From assembly GCA_002269645.1 (NCBI GenBank), contig NIVC01003437.1, positions 14,709 to 78,708 on the forward strand: 64,000 nt of DNA, given 5' to 3'. The notes under the pieces were generated by a model, which worked only from the letters and a program-made list of their open reading frames with translations, searched no databases and had not been told where the DNA came from. The translations under genes and the position numbers were made by a program. The stretch is from Macrostomum lignano. Taxonomy: Eukaryota. Positions 1-14,671 of this stretch are shown here, piece by piece. Every line of letters begins with the position of its first letter. The stretch's first letter is position 1.

Positions 1-351
1 GCCAAGAACAGACCGGGAGAAAAAGAGTGAGGAGTGCCCGCCGCCAGGCGGGGGGGGGTTTAATAAATGAGCGCAGAGAGGGGGGTAGCGCGAAGCACGA
101 GCGGTTTTCATTGGCTGGCGAGAGAACTTAAAATTATCGATCGTGCCAATTTTATACGGTCGCGAGAGAGGATAGCAAAATATACAGTGAATTAGAAATT
201 GCCACAAAATCGTTGGGCACTACTACAAGTAAACGTCGCAATAAACAAATGGAAAAGTTTAGTTGAAACGGTGAAACTGAAGGGTTGAAACTATAGAGAA
301 ACAGCAGTCCAACGGCCCTTTTCGGGACCACCTTAAACTGACAACGTCACA
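1..351 (-). mobile_element. Partial LTR, same family as the solo LTR at 28663-29441; runs off the window start
   Basis: Colinear with ~29100-29441 (shared blocks ccgccaggcggggg, ttttcattggctggcgagagaactt, aaattatcgatcgtgccaa, actacaagtaaacgt, agtccaacggccctttt) and ends in the same terminus aacgtcaca at 351. Confidence 0.65.
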
Positions 352-793
352 ATAGCTTATGCCTTGCTTCTTTAAATCACAGGAAATTATCATGTATAGG
401 GTGACATTTTAGCTATAAGGCCAAATAAGCATTCACTTATAAAAGATTAATAAGATTAATAAATCTGAACGGTTATCATTGTACAACCTGGTGAACGGTT
501 GGCTGCCAAACCTGTTTAAACTTGTATTCAAAACAAGAAAATCGTTGTGTTAAGTCACTTCAAAAGTTTAAAGCATTTTAAACGCTCGATCGCATCGAAG
601 ACGTCATAAATGCACGCATTTCTTACTTAAGGTTACATAAAAATAAAAATTTATTAGTCTGAGGATCCGAACTGTTACTTTAAAAAGCATTGATTCTTTG
701 TTTATAATTACTTAAATCAGTATTCTTTTTAGTTCTTTAAAGTACAGTAAACTTGTTTATCGAGTATTTACCGTTAGTCATCAAGGGATAAAA

Positions 794-2100
794 TTAGTTA
801 ACATCTAACACCCAGAGCTGCAGTTTTCTATTTTTTCCGGCGCACCAGTCATCGAGAGCATCCAGCTGCTTCAACGTCATCTGACCTTGGGCAATAGCGA
901 AGCACTCGATGAAGCCTTTAAAGTTACGTTTTGAATTACGACGTTTGTTGCCAAGACTGAGGCACCTGAAATTACCACGCCTGCCCCCATGTGTCGAGTT
1001 CAATACTTTAGCAGCTTTGTGCTCCAGGCTTCCGTTGAAGTAGTGCCTCAAACCATGTTTTCTAAATGTGAAGCCAAGTCCGACAAATCGTCCGTTTGAA
1101 GTCGCCTTACAATGGGAAAATCTTAAAAGTTGCATATTCCTATGCTCTACATATCGATACACAATACAGCCATCGTTCTTTAGACTGGCTACCATTCCTT
1201 TTCTGAAGTTCCGACATCTTGAAAAGCGAAAAACTACTTTAGAATTCTCGCTGAAAATAAGAGAGAATGAAATACGTTAGTTGTAAAAAGATTAGAAAGC
1301 GCTATTCGTAAATCCTTACTCACTCTCCATTGAAGACGAACTTGGCTCGCATGAGCACGGTCACGTTGGGCTCGGGCACAAACAGGTCCTCGATTCCGTC
1401 CGCCGTGCTCACACCGATGAAGGAGCCAGACTCTCCCGTCACGAACGCGCCCGCAGACCGGTTGAGCACAGCCGACACGAGCACCGGAGTGTGCGGATTC
1501 CGGTGCACAGGCGCCAGGTTGAACGAGCCCACACGGAAGTGGTACAGAATCCGCAGCGAGCTCACCGCGATGCTGCTGGGCAGGTCAGTCGTGTGAGCTG
1601 CAATTCGATAACGATTTAACGATATGAGCACATCGATGCCTGCATATAGACTCGCCAATGAGTGGACTTCCACAGCTGCATTCACGCACTGCATGGGCAC
1701 AGCTGTGCTCAAACACTGACTTGCTCATGCAGGAATGACAGAATGACTTCTCACCCTGCTGGAACTTTGCCAGCCTCCGCCTGTTCACAAACGAGTCGCA
1801 CTGGCCGTGTCCGTACAGCCATGCAGTGAGGAAGGCCTCAGCAGTCGCCAGCAGACACCAGCGATGCTCAGCGACCATGCTGGCAGCTGCACAGCTCTCT
1901 GTCGTGTGGCAGCTCAGCACGCAGCCAGCGATGCTGTGGTCAGGCAGTTGATGAGGCTCCAGCTTCCGCACTCCATCAGCGGACAGGTCGTCAGGCGGAC
2001 AGGCGACCAGTCTGTCGTAGTCGGCGAGCCCCACGATGGACGCCGAGGCGATGGCAATGAGGCAAAATAATTGCCCAAATGTGCTTAACAAAGCTAGCAT
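794..2100 (-). CDS. Secreted PAN/apple + LamG-like (concanavalin/pentraxin fold) protein, copy 1; join(1755..2100,1324..1597,794..1250), 358 aa
   Basis: Hydrophobic N-terminus; PAN-like Cys pattern (CVLSCHTTESCAAAS..RWCLL); GT-AG introns with matching phases (CAG G|GTGAG..ttgcag|CT; GA|GTGAGT..tttcag|C); C-terminal NFKGFIECFAIAQGQMTLKQL resembles the LamG3 terminal motif FxGxIxxxxI...L..xQ/EI. Domain names from motif recognition, not a search. Confidence 0.8.
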
Positions 2101-3112
2101 GCTGGCAAGAGCTAAAAATATTTCAAATTGCCGGTGAAACTGGCTTCTTTAGGCTGCTTTTTAAATATCGGGAAAATATCCTTTAGCTAATAGACCAGAA
2201 GAATGAGTTCCGTGTAGCATGCTGCCACTAGCTTACCCGAGATGAGGCCATATTTGCTCTTCAGGTGAGGATCTCACATCGTAGGAAAACCGCGCAAACT
2301 CAAAAATCGATTGCTCTGAAAGATAAGGATTGGTATTAACAGCTTAGACGAGGCTGTAGTAGTCGTGTCAGTTGACAAGGTGAAGAAAATTGACAGAAAC
2401 AAATTGAGAAAACACACGGCTTCTCATAATTTGCAAATGATTTTTGGGATGTTAAGACGTGATGCAGGAGTGGCTGCTTCTAATGCAAACCCCAATAATC
2501 CATCCATATTGCTTGTTCGCCGCAGGCGCAACTAAATTTGAAGGACGCAAAACGTAATAGTCCAGCAATATGATTTTTCTTTAAATTTTTTTAGTGTCAA
2601 TAACTGACTGGCTGACGTATCAGCAACGTTTTTACGGATCCCGGTTCTGACAGGCTTGCAACATCAGCACGCAATGGGAGGTTTGAAGATTCACAGAACT
2701 ACATGTAGGTTAGCTAAGGTTAAGAGCTGTGGCAGGAGATTATACAGTAAGAAGCATCTATGTCGCATCAGCTAGCATATGATATTTCATTTTTGTACGA
2801 CAATACGAGTGTATATCGATCTTGATTCGAGTCGAATAAAATCTGCGCTTGAGCTACAAGTATACCAGAAATAATGTAGTTTAAGTCTGCATGAAGAGAT
2901 ATTGTTATTATATGATTATGCTATCTTATTTCGTTCCCTAATATGAAAATGCTAATTGATTTCGTTTGCATCGCAACTTAAATACGAGCGTAATTTTGTA
3001 ACGACTCCGGCTTATTTACGAGTATTTACCGGAGACTATAGCACGGTTCTAGTAGTAGTACGTATTCAAGTGGCTACGCCCCTCAGGCCTGAACGATTTG
3101 CTAAAGAAAGTT

Positions 3113-3256
3113 ACCATAATCATAATCATAATCATAATCATAATAGTTTAAGGAAATAGTATTATTGTAATAATGATTATGATTGTGATTATGATTATGA
3201 CTATGATGATGATGATGATGATGATGATGATTATTATTATTATTATTATTATTATG

Positions 3257-3306
<50 letters not shown>

Positions 3307-3340
3307 CATTATTATCATTATTTTTATTACTATTAATATC
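3113..3340. repeat. Compound microsatellite (CATAAT)n, (ATG)n, (ATT)n
   Basis: Directly visible; explains the poly-Ile ORFs on both strands. Confidence 0.95.
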
Positions 3341-4262
3341 ATTAGATACATGCAGACGGAAAAGATTCTAATTAGTCTGAAAAGTTTGAATCTTGCATAG
3401 TGTTAGTGTGTTTTCAAGCCCAAGCATTCTATGCATTCTGTTGTACTATATTTCCTAAATCCCACGTTGTTAAAGTCCGCTTGCTGTAATACTAGCCTCC
3501 CATCGGTTTCAAATAAAAAAGCTTTAATTGCCTGGCTACGATTAGCCATCTGCGAATACTATACGTAAAATGAGTTTCCTGCATAACCAGTGCATCCTAC
3601 GGTCACAGCACATAGACTGCTTGATCAAAGTCAAAGACTGCTGCCACATGCTTACAGAAAAGACTGTAATAAGTTGTATTACATAAGTTGCATGTTTAAA
3701 ATCGTATGTGTCAAATTTCTTGGAAGCGTAGTCTACATGTAATTAAACAAAATAACTTATTATTAAAACCCTAGAAAAAATTTATGCACATAAATATAAC
3801 ACTTAAGAAGTACAAGTAGTATCTTGACTAAAGTTTAAAGAAATACACTTGCTTCTAATTACATAATTATCAAACCATGACAGATTTAGTTAGTTAAGTT
3901 ATGAATTATGCCCATGAAGGAGTGTAGGAGGTCGAAGAAGTCTGGGTATCATCGCCGGTCAGTCTAAAAATGTTGGCTTGTTTATCTAGAGGTAGCCACT
4001 ACTAATTCCTAGATTAATCAATCACACATTCTGGCACTGGGTGTTAAGGCCTTAAAGCGATGACAGAGCCGTTGCAATTGACCAACAAATAATAATTTAG
4101 ATATCTTTTTGGTTCACAAATATTGAAGCACATGGAATGAAGCAAATTCTTCAAATGGAGAATTTGAAACAAAGACTAAATAGGCCTTGAAAGTAAACAA
4201 ATCTAATCTTCGATGTGTTTACGGACAAAATATTTGGATCTTGATTGGTCTAATAACTTAAT

Positions 4263-4565
4263 AGTCACGCACTGCATGGGCACAGCTGCAGTCACGCACT
4301 GCATGGGCACAGCTGCAGTCACACACTGCATGGGCACAGCTGCAGTCACGCACTGCATGGGCACAGCTGCAGTCACACACTGCATGGGCACAGCTGCAGT
4401 CACACTGCATGGGCACAGCTGCAGTCACACACTGCATGGGCACAGCTGCAGTCACGCACTGCATGGGCACAGCTGCAGTCACACACTGCATGGGCACAGC
4501 TGCAGTCACACTGCATGGGCACAGCTGCAGTCACGCACTGCATGGGCACAGCTGCAGTCACACAC
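4263..4565. repeat. 27-bp minisatellite (gtcacgcactgcatgggcacagctgca), about 11-12 units, no adjacent exon
   Basis: Tandem units visible, a few shortened by 2 bp; same unit as in intron 1 of the PAN-LamG genes. Confidence 0.95.
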
Positions 4566-5506
4566 ACTCATTCTTGCTCAGCTAATAGCTATATTCATAG
4601 TAAGCTCTTAATCATGTACATTGCATGCACACTGTATCATTTGTTTATTTCAGTTTTACGAGCCTCGTACATGTATACATGTAACCACGCAATAAAAGCT
4701 GCAATACTACTCTAGCTATAATGTCTAAAATAACCAGCGACCCGGCCTTCTTAACTCAATCAGTCCCCTAGTGACACATTCACTAATTATCGAAGCCAAT
4801 TCTATCAGCCGTTCGTTCCCAGGAGTGATCTGCAGCAGGTGGTATTTTTCTTAAAGATTTGAGAATAGTTTGGCTGATCCTCCTCCTCATTCTCCAGGTT
4901 GACCTTACTCATTTTGATTGTTCCTCAAATAGAAAGCAAAAAGATAGCGCTTGCTTAAACTCTGTCTGAGCATGTGTATAGCAAATATCCAATTAAAATC
5001 TTCAAGTTATTTTTTATCTCTAGACCGCACAGCTTTTGCCAAAAGCATATTTTTTAATTTTGCATAAATGCTTTGTCTTGAATTTCCTTTGCATAAATGG
5101 TTCGAGCCTGCAACGTGCTGATCAATTTCAGCATAAGATTGAAGCATTAGAAATTGCATAAATTTGCATTTCTTGTAATTCCTATGCAGGTAAATGTAGA
5201 TTTACTATTGACAAATGACAAACAGAGCATATTGCTTCGAGTGGTGACAGACATTGACAGCATATTGCCTGTAGGCCACAATTGTTGCAATCAGTACCTT
5301 GCCTCCTTACAGGAAATGATCATAACTGATCCTAGCTGTTACTTTAAAAAGCATTTTTAAATAACATTAATAAAAAACATTATAATTGGTTAAATGAGTG
5401 TTATTTTTAGTTCTCTAAAGTATATTAAACTTGTTTATCAAGAATTGATAGTTAGTCATCAAGTGATAAAATTTGTTAATACGCTCGTATTCAGATCTGC
5501 AGCTGT

Positions 5507-6718
5507 CTATTTTTTTCCGGTGCACCAGTCATCAAGAGCATCCAGCTGCTTCAAGTTCATCAGACCTTGGGCAATAGCGAAGCACTCGATGAAGCCTTTA
5601 AAGTTGCGAAGTGAATTACGACGTTCGTTGCCAAGACTGAGGCACCTGAAATTACCACGCCTGCCCTCATGTGTCGAGTTCAATACTTTAGCAGTTTTGT
5701 GCTCCAGGCTTCTGTTGAAGTAGTGCAGCAAATCGCGTTTTCTAAATGTGAAGCCAAGTCCGACAAATCGTCCGTTTGAAGTCGCCTTACAATGGGCAAA
5801 TCTTAAAAGTTGCATATTCCTGTGCTCCACATACCGATACACAATGCTGCCATCGTTCTTTAGTCTGGCTACCATCCCTTTTCTGAAGTTCCGACATCTT
5901 GAAAAGCGAAAAACTACACTAGAATTCTCGCTGAAAACAAGAAAGAATGAAATACGTTAGTTGTAAAAAGATTAAAAAGCGCTATTCGTAAATACTTACT
6001 CACTCTCCATTGAAGTCGAACTTGGCTCGCATGAACACGGTCACGTTGGGCTTGGGCACAAACAGGTCCTCGATTCCGTCGGCCGTGCTCACACCGATGA
6101 AGGAGCCAGACTCTCCCGTCACGAACGCGCCCGCAGACCGGTTGAGCACAGCCGACACGAGCACCGGAGTGTGCGGATTCCGGTGCACAGGCGCCAGGTT
6201 GAACGAGCCCACACGGAAGTGGTACAGAATCCGCAGCGAGCTCACCGCGATGCTGCTGGGCAGGTCGGTCGTGTGAGCTGCAATTCGATAACGATATAGC
6301 GATATGAGCACATCGATGCCTGCATGGACTCGCCAGTGAATGAACTGGGCACAACTGCAGTCACTCATGACTTCTCACCCTGCTGGAACTTTGCCAGCCT
6401 CCGCCTGTTCACAAACGAGTCGCACTGGCCGTGTCCGTGCAGCCATGCAGTGAGGAAGGCCTCGGCAGTCGCCAGCAGACACCAGCGATGCTCAGCGACC
6501 ATGCTGGCAGCTGCACAGCTCTCTGTCGTGTGGCAGCTCAGCACGCAGCCAGCAATGCTTCGGTCAGGCAGTTGATGAGGATCCAGCTTCCGTACTCCAT
6601 CAACGGGCAGGTCGTCAAGTGGACAGGCGTCCAGTCTGTCGTAGTCGGCGAGACCCACGATGGATGCCGAAGTGCAACTCGAGCCAACGATCAATATTGC
6701 CAAAGCAAGCATATTCAT
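5507..6718 (-). CDS. Secreted PAN/apple + LamG-like protein, copy 2; join(6379..6718,6004..6277,5507..5930), 345 aa
   Basis: Same exon structure and phases as copy 1 (exon 2 again 274 nt); spliced length 1038 nt is in frame; signal-like MNMLALAILIVGSSCTSAS. Confidence 0.8.
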
Positions 6719-6974
6719 ATTTTTGTCAATCTAAAGCTTCAGCAATCTAGAATTTCTATCGTGCTCATACTTACTGTATAAAGAGACACGTCGGAATGGA
6801 AGAATTACAAGTAATTATTACTCATTTTTGGAGCCAATAATTTGACAATTTGTCATCCTCGTTTGGCTTCCGATTGGTCTAGCTGCGCATGTGCTATCGT
6901 GCAACCAGCACTGCATTCACAGATCCGATGCATACAGATAAAGCTGGACGGATTGCCGCAAAGATTTCTCTTAG

Positions 6975-10236
<3,262 letters not shown>

Positions 10237-10499
10237 ATCTGCTGATTAAAACAAAACACTTAATTGGTAAATATTTAAATTTTAGCATTTTAGATTTTGT
10301 TTTGTTGGATTGGTATATTTTTCAAGGACTTTTTTGATCCCCAAACATTGATTGAAACTAGATGACTGTCAGATCTTTGTTAATTCATACACAATAAAAT
10401 GAGTACAGTAATTTTTCCGAGATGCAGTTGTTAAACAATAAAAAAGCTTGTTTTGATTTCAACACAATCTCCCTCACACAGAAGCAAACCAGACAAGGT

Positions 10500-12038
10500 C
10501 TACTCAACCACAACGAACTTCTCCACCATTCCGTCTTCTCCAACGCAAGTTTCCACTTTGACATCCAAGTTGTCGACCTCCTGGGGCGTCAGGCCTCCGC
10601 TTCCGTCGGCGCTGCGCACGGAGATGAATTTCTTCTGTTGGCCATTGGGCAGATCGTGACCAGTGACCCTCACCGTGTAGGTCTTTTCGTCTTTGAGTTG
10701 CACACCAGTCGCCTCGGCTACAAATTCGCCTTCTTCAAGCGTAGCCGACTGGGCTTCCGTACCGAATTCTACAACTTTTTGATCCTTTGGTGGATTCTCC
10801 TCTTGCTTTGCAGGCTCAGGACTGAGCTTAAAGTACTTTAAATCCTCCGGGTCGGACGCAAAGATGCCTTCCTGCTTGTCATTGCTTGACGCTCCAGTGG
10901 CTTTAGCTTCAGGTTTTGGACCGAACTTGATGTACTTCAGGGCTTCTGGATCTGACGCAAAGATACCCTCCGGCTCGTCGTTGCTTGACGTTCCGGGCTT
11001 CGGGCCAAACTTGATGTACTTCAGAGCTTCAGGGTCGGATGCGAAGACGCCCTCTTGCTCGTCATTGCTCGACGCTCCACCGACTTTAGCTCCAGGCTTC
11101 GGACCGAACTTGATGTACTTTAAAGCTTCAGGGTCGGATGCGAAGACGCCCTCTTGTTCGTCGTTGTTCGAGGCACCGTCTTTCGGACCGAACTTGATTA
11201 ACTTTAGAGCTTCGGGGTCTGACGCGAAGATGCCTTCTTGCTCGCCAATGCTCAACACTCCACTAGCTTTTGCTCCAGGCTTCGGACCTAACTTGATGTA
11301 CTTCATGGCCTCCGGGTCCGACGCAAAGATGCCTTCCTGCTCGTCGTTGCTCGAGGCACCGTCTTTCGGACCGAACTTGATGTATTTTAGAGCTTCAGGG
11401 TCTGAGGCAAAGATGCCCTCCTGCTCGTCATTGCTCGACGCTCCACTGGCTTTCGCTCCAGGCTTCGGACCGAACTTGATGTACTTTAAAGCTTCAGGGT
11501 CGGATGCGAAGACGCCCTCTTGCTCGTCGTTGCTTGAAGCTCCTGTCCTTATTCCCATGTGAGCCTCGGGATTGGATTCCATGACTCCGAACTGTTGACT
11601 TGATCCACCTGAATCAGGCACGCGTCCATATCGAATGCTGTTTTGGGTATCAGAGTCGGAGGCGATCACACCTTCCTGTTTTTGACCATCCGCATCGAGA
11701 GTCGATCTTTTGCTACCTCTTAGGTGGACGATCCTCGACATGGTGGTAGATTCATTGTACTCTACCGGGGTTTCATGGACAGCAATGGTTGCATAGCTGA
11801 GTCCGTCGTGCTGCTCTTCCTTGGTGAATAGCACCTGCAGTGTCTTCTCAGGCAACTCATCGTAAGTGAGTTCAGCAGCCGGAGTGATGCAGACACTGTC
11901 GTATTTCATGCCAGACTTTGTTCCATGGTCTTTCACAACAACGTTGTAGGTGTCGCTGGTTGGAATACCTTCATCATCGAGGCCAAGTACCGTTTGCATG
12001 GACCGGACCTCGATTCCACCATCAACTGATTCAGCCAT
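10500..12038 (-). CDS. Intronless 512-aa acidic protein with eight SSNDEQEG(V/I)FASDPEALKYIKFGPK repeats; function unknown
   Basis: 1539-nt open frame with unique N- and C-terminal regions; repeat units differ mainly at third codon positions while the peptide is conserved; TATA-like TATTTAAG on the minus strand at ~12126-12133. No signal peptide seen. Confidence 0.8.
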   Translation of the reverse strand: MAESVDGGIEVRSMQTVLGLDDEGIPTSDTYNVVVKDHGTKSGMKYDSVCITPAAELTYDELPEKTLQVLFTKEEQHDGLSYATIAVHETPVEYNESTTMSRIVHLRGSKRSTLDADGQKQEGVIASDSDTQNSIRYGRVPDSGGSSQQFGVMESNPEAHMGIRTGASSNDEQEGVFASDPEALKYIKFGPKPGAKASGASSNDEQEGIFASDPEALKYIKFGPKDGASSNDEQEGIFASDPEAMKYIKLGPKPGAKASGVLSIGEQEGIFASDPEALKLIKFGPKDGASNNDEQEGVFASDPEALKYIKFGPKPGAKVGGASSNDEQEGVFASDPEALKYIKFGPKPGTSSNDEPEGIFASDPEALKYIKFGPKPEAKATGASSNDKQEGIFASDPEDLKYFKLSPEPAKQEENPPKDQKVVEFGTEAQSATLEEGEFVAEATGVQLKDEKTYTVRVTGHDLPNGQQKKFISVRSADGSGGLTPQEVDNLDVKVETCVGEDGMVEKFVVVE

Positions 12039-12602
12039 TGAGTCTCTCTATCTTATTGTTAACGAAGAAACGCACAAAAATTTCTCAAAAGTAGTTATCT
12101 TGCTAACTGTGCACTGTCTCGACGCTTAAATACAAGTTAGAAAAGAACAGTGAGTAAGAGCTGGCTGCACACTAAAACTGCTCGGGTACAATAGCCGCGC
12201 GTACAGTTCGTCTCGCAGCACACAAAAGCATCGGTCAGGGCCTGGGGCTGTAAACCCCTAAAAAGAGCCATGCCATTGTGCTACCTAGCTGACCCGCCTA
12301 AGAGATGCCGCGGTCTGCAAACTCTGGGGTTAATGAGTGCGCGTACAATCGAGTGAAGAATACTGGAAGGAGATCTACCATTGCATATAATTTCTCCTTA
12401 ATACTAAGCATAAACAAATTGACATTATAAAACTCGGGTTTTATTCACAAAAAACATTTCTTCATGCCAGGAACCGAAAGTCTATATAACTAAGTGAATA
12501 TGTCATGAAGTACTGAAATATCAAATTCATGATTTTTAAATGTATGTCTCATTAGCCTAAACCCAAAGACGATGTCCTGTTATGCAATAGGTTTCGATGA
12601 TA

Positions 12603-13142
12603 CTAACAACCTTCGGGGCGGCCAATAAGCATGAAACAATAATTATTTATGCTATTATGCTACTTTTTTTAAAGAACCAGTTCCTTCTTCAGTTTTATAG
12701 ATGACCTTTTTTAATTAAACTTGTCACGGACAAAGATGTTTGTTATGTATGAATCTCTTTTATTTCTAAAAGTAACAAAAGGAGAAAATAAAATAAAGCC
12801 TTCACAAAGATAGCAGACATTCCCCGTAAATAGAAAGCATCTCCCAGACAGCAAGCAACCCCCAAATGGCAAGTAGCTAGTGCAAAATTTCCTCAACTAG
12901 TGCAATAATATTTTACTCATAAAGTGCAATAATCCTTTTCTCAGCCAGTGCAATAATTCATGCAATTTCTTATCTACGAAACATGTAGCTGCCGTCACGG
13001 GAAAATTTGTGATTGAATCGTGTAAGTTTGAGAAAAATCGGTTGAGCCGTTTTTTTCTGAAATCGATCGCACACATAGATAGATACCTACATAGACAGAT
13101 GTATGGAAGTGATGTATACAACTGGGAAAATAAGAGATAGGA
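12603..13142 (-). mobile_element. Short non-autonomous Helitron-like element related to 48945-52598
   Basis: Shares aagtttga..aaaatcggttgagcc.ttttt.ctgaaatc.atcgca, a degenerate copy of the 18-bp unit (cccagacagcaagca) and agtagctagtgc.a.aatttcc with the large Helitron; left end a|ctaacaaccttcg resembles a|ctagcaatcttcg. Ends approximate. Confidence 0.55.
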
Positions 13143-13224
13143 ATGCATACCAACAAGAAGACTGCCAGTAGTTACAAAACACTTTTACACCACACCAACA
13201 GCTACTGCTTGTCTATGTGTCAAA

Positions 13225-13545
13225 CGATCTGCCCGCTGATGGAGTGCGGAAGCTGGAGCCTCATCAACTGCCTAACTGCAGCATCGCTGGCTGCGTGCTG
13301 AGCTGCCACACGACAGAGAGCTGTGCAGCTGCCAGCATGGTCGCTGAGCATCGCTGGTGTCTGCTGGCGACTGCTGAGGCCTTCCTCACTGCATGGCTGT
13401 ACGGACACGGCCAGTGTGACTCGTTTGTGAACAGGCGGAGGCTGGCAAAGTTCCAGCAGGGTGAGAAGTCATGCTCCGTCATTCCTGCATTTCTGCATAA
13501 GTCAGTGTTTGAGCACAGCTGAGCCCATGCAGTGCGTGACTGCCC
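13225..13545 (+). pseudogene. PAN-LamG family fragment (copy 3): PAN part of exon 1 plus start of intron 1 only
   Basis: NDLPADGVRKLEPHQL...AKFQQG|GTGAG is near-identical to copy 1, but no signal peptide upstream and no exon 2 or 3 downstream. Confidence 0.8.
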
Positions 13546-14116
13546 GAGGGCCTAAGGATACGTCAGGGAACGTAAAGACAAATAAGACAAAAATGCGCGC
13601 CGAAATTTCCGTGTAGGATGAAGTGAAAGACTGGGGGATGCTGGTTCGCGGGGAAGAATCAGGTGCCTCATCAAACACAACATTGCTTCCTGAAATTCTA
13701 CTCCTTGACAACCAAAAGCCGTGAAACATTGCAGCAGTTGGATGTTTTCATATCCGCCAGCTATACCAACTACCCTATCAGAAAAAAAACCAATTCAGGT
13801 CAGCTGTCAGCTGTTATTAAACTCTGAAGCAAGGCAGGAAGTCTCGCGTGTTTGATAAATGCAAACAGCGGAATATTCCAATGTTTGCATGCAGTCAGAA
13901 CATATTCGATAGAGCAGTTTCTTGCCACTGAAGTTTATAAAAGCTACCGTCATCTTTTCTGCATGCTAGTTGTAAGTTTTTGTCGATATTAAACAAATTT
14001 TACACTTTCTGAACAAAATGAAATCCTATTAACTGTTATAGTATTAAGAAGCATGAGTACATTACTAGCTGCCAAGGTATTGAAGTTTGAATTACTGATC
14101 GGACACTCGCTAAAAA

Positions 14117-14172
<56 letters not shown>
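14117..14172. repeat. (GATA)n microsatellite
   Basis: Directly visible. Confidence 0.95.
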
Positions 14173-14173
<1 letters not shown>

Positions 14174-14671
14174 GGATCAGCAGAGAAGCAACAAGTCATT
14201 CAGGAAACGACATTAGTAGAATGAGAAGCGACTTTGTTTCCAGCATCCGTCTTTACCTCATCTTGGCAATGAGTACGGTTTCCTGAGTATCTCCTTGGTA
14301 TGGTTTCCTGAGTTAAGTCGTTGTACGTACAATGCCTGTGGCCGGAAATTTCGTCCGCATGCCAACTTTCTGGAAAGCAACTCCAAAATCGGTTTTAGAA
14401 AGCTAAGCCGAAGGCTTTTCCTAGAAAGAATGCAGCTGTAGTCTGAAAGAAGGAATAGTGTGTAAGGAAACGATTTTTTTCACAAAAATTGATGCAAAAA
14501 TTTATTTATAGCCCACTAGCAAAACGTCTTTCTGACGGCTACCCAGTAGCTGCTACTCGAAGCTGCTTACTAAAAAAGATTTTTTGCTTTCGCAGAGCAG
14601 GACCTGACATTCCAAAGTCGCCTGAAAACCCAACCAAAGCGGACGAATTTATTCGTCTGTTTTCTAATAAA

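Noticed and set aside
3148-3400. Poly-Ile/Met membrane-peptide ORFs
   Set aside because: ATT/ATG microsatellite.
4203-4715. VTHCMGTAA and CDCSCAHAV (metallothionein-like) repeat ORFs, also at 14827-15354
   Set aside because: Frames of the 27-bp minisatellite; in copy 4 it lies between canonical splice sites, and 2-bp-short units break the frame here.
10864-11562. 232-aa plus-strand ORF
   Set aside because: Antisense shadow of the 512-aa repeat protein.
13225-13545. Helitron capture of the PAN exon
   Set aside because: The fragment lies outside the inferred termini of the 12603-13142 element.
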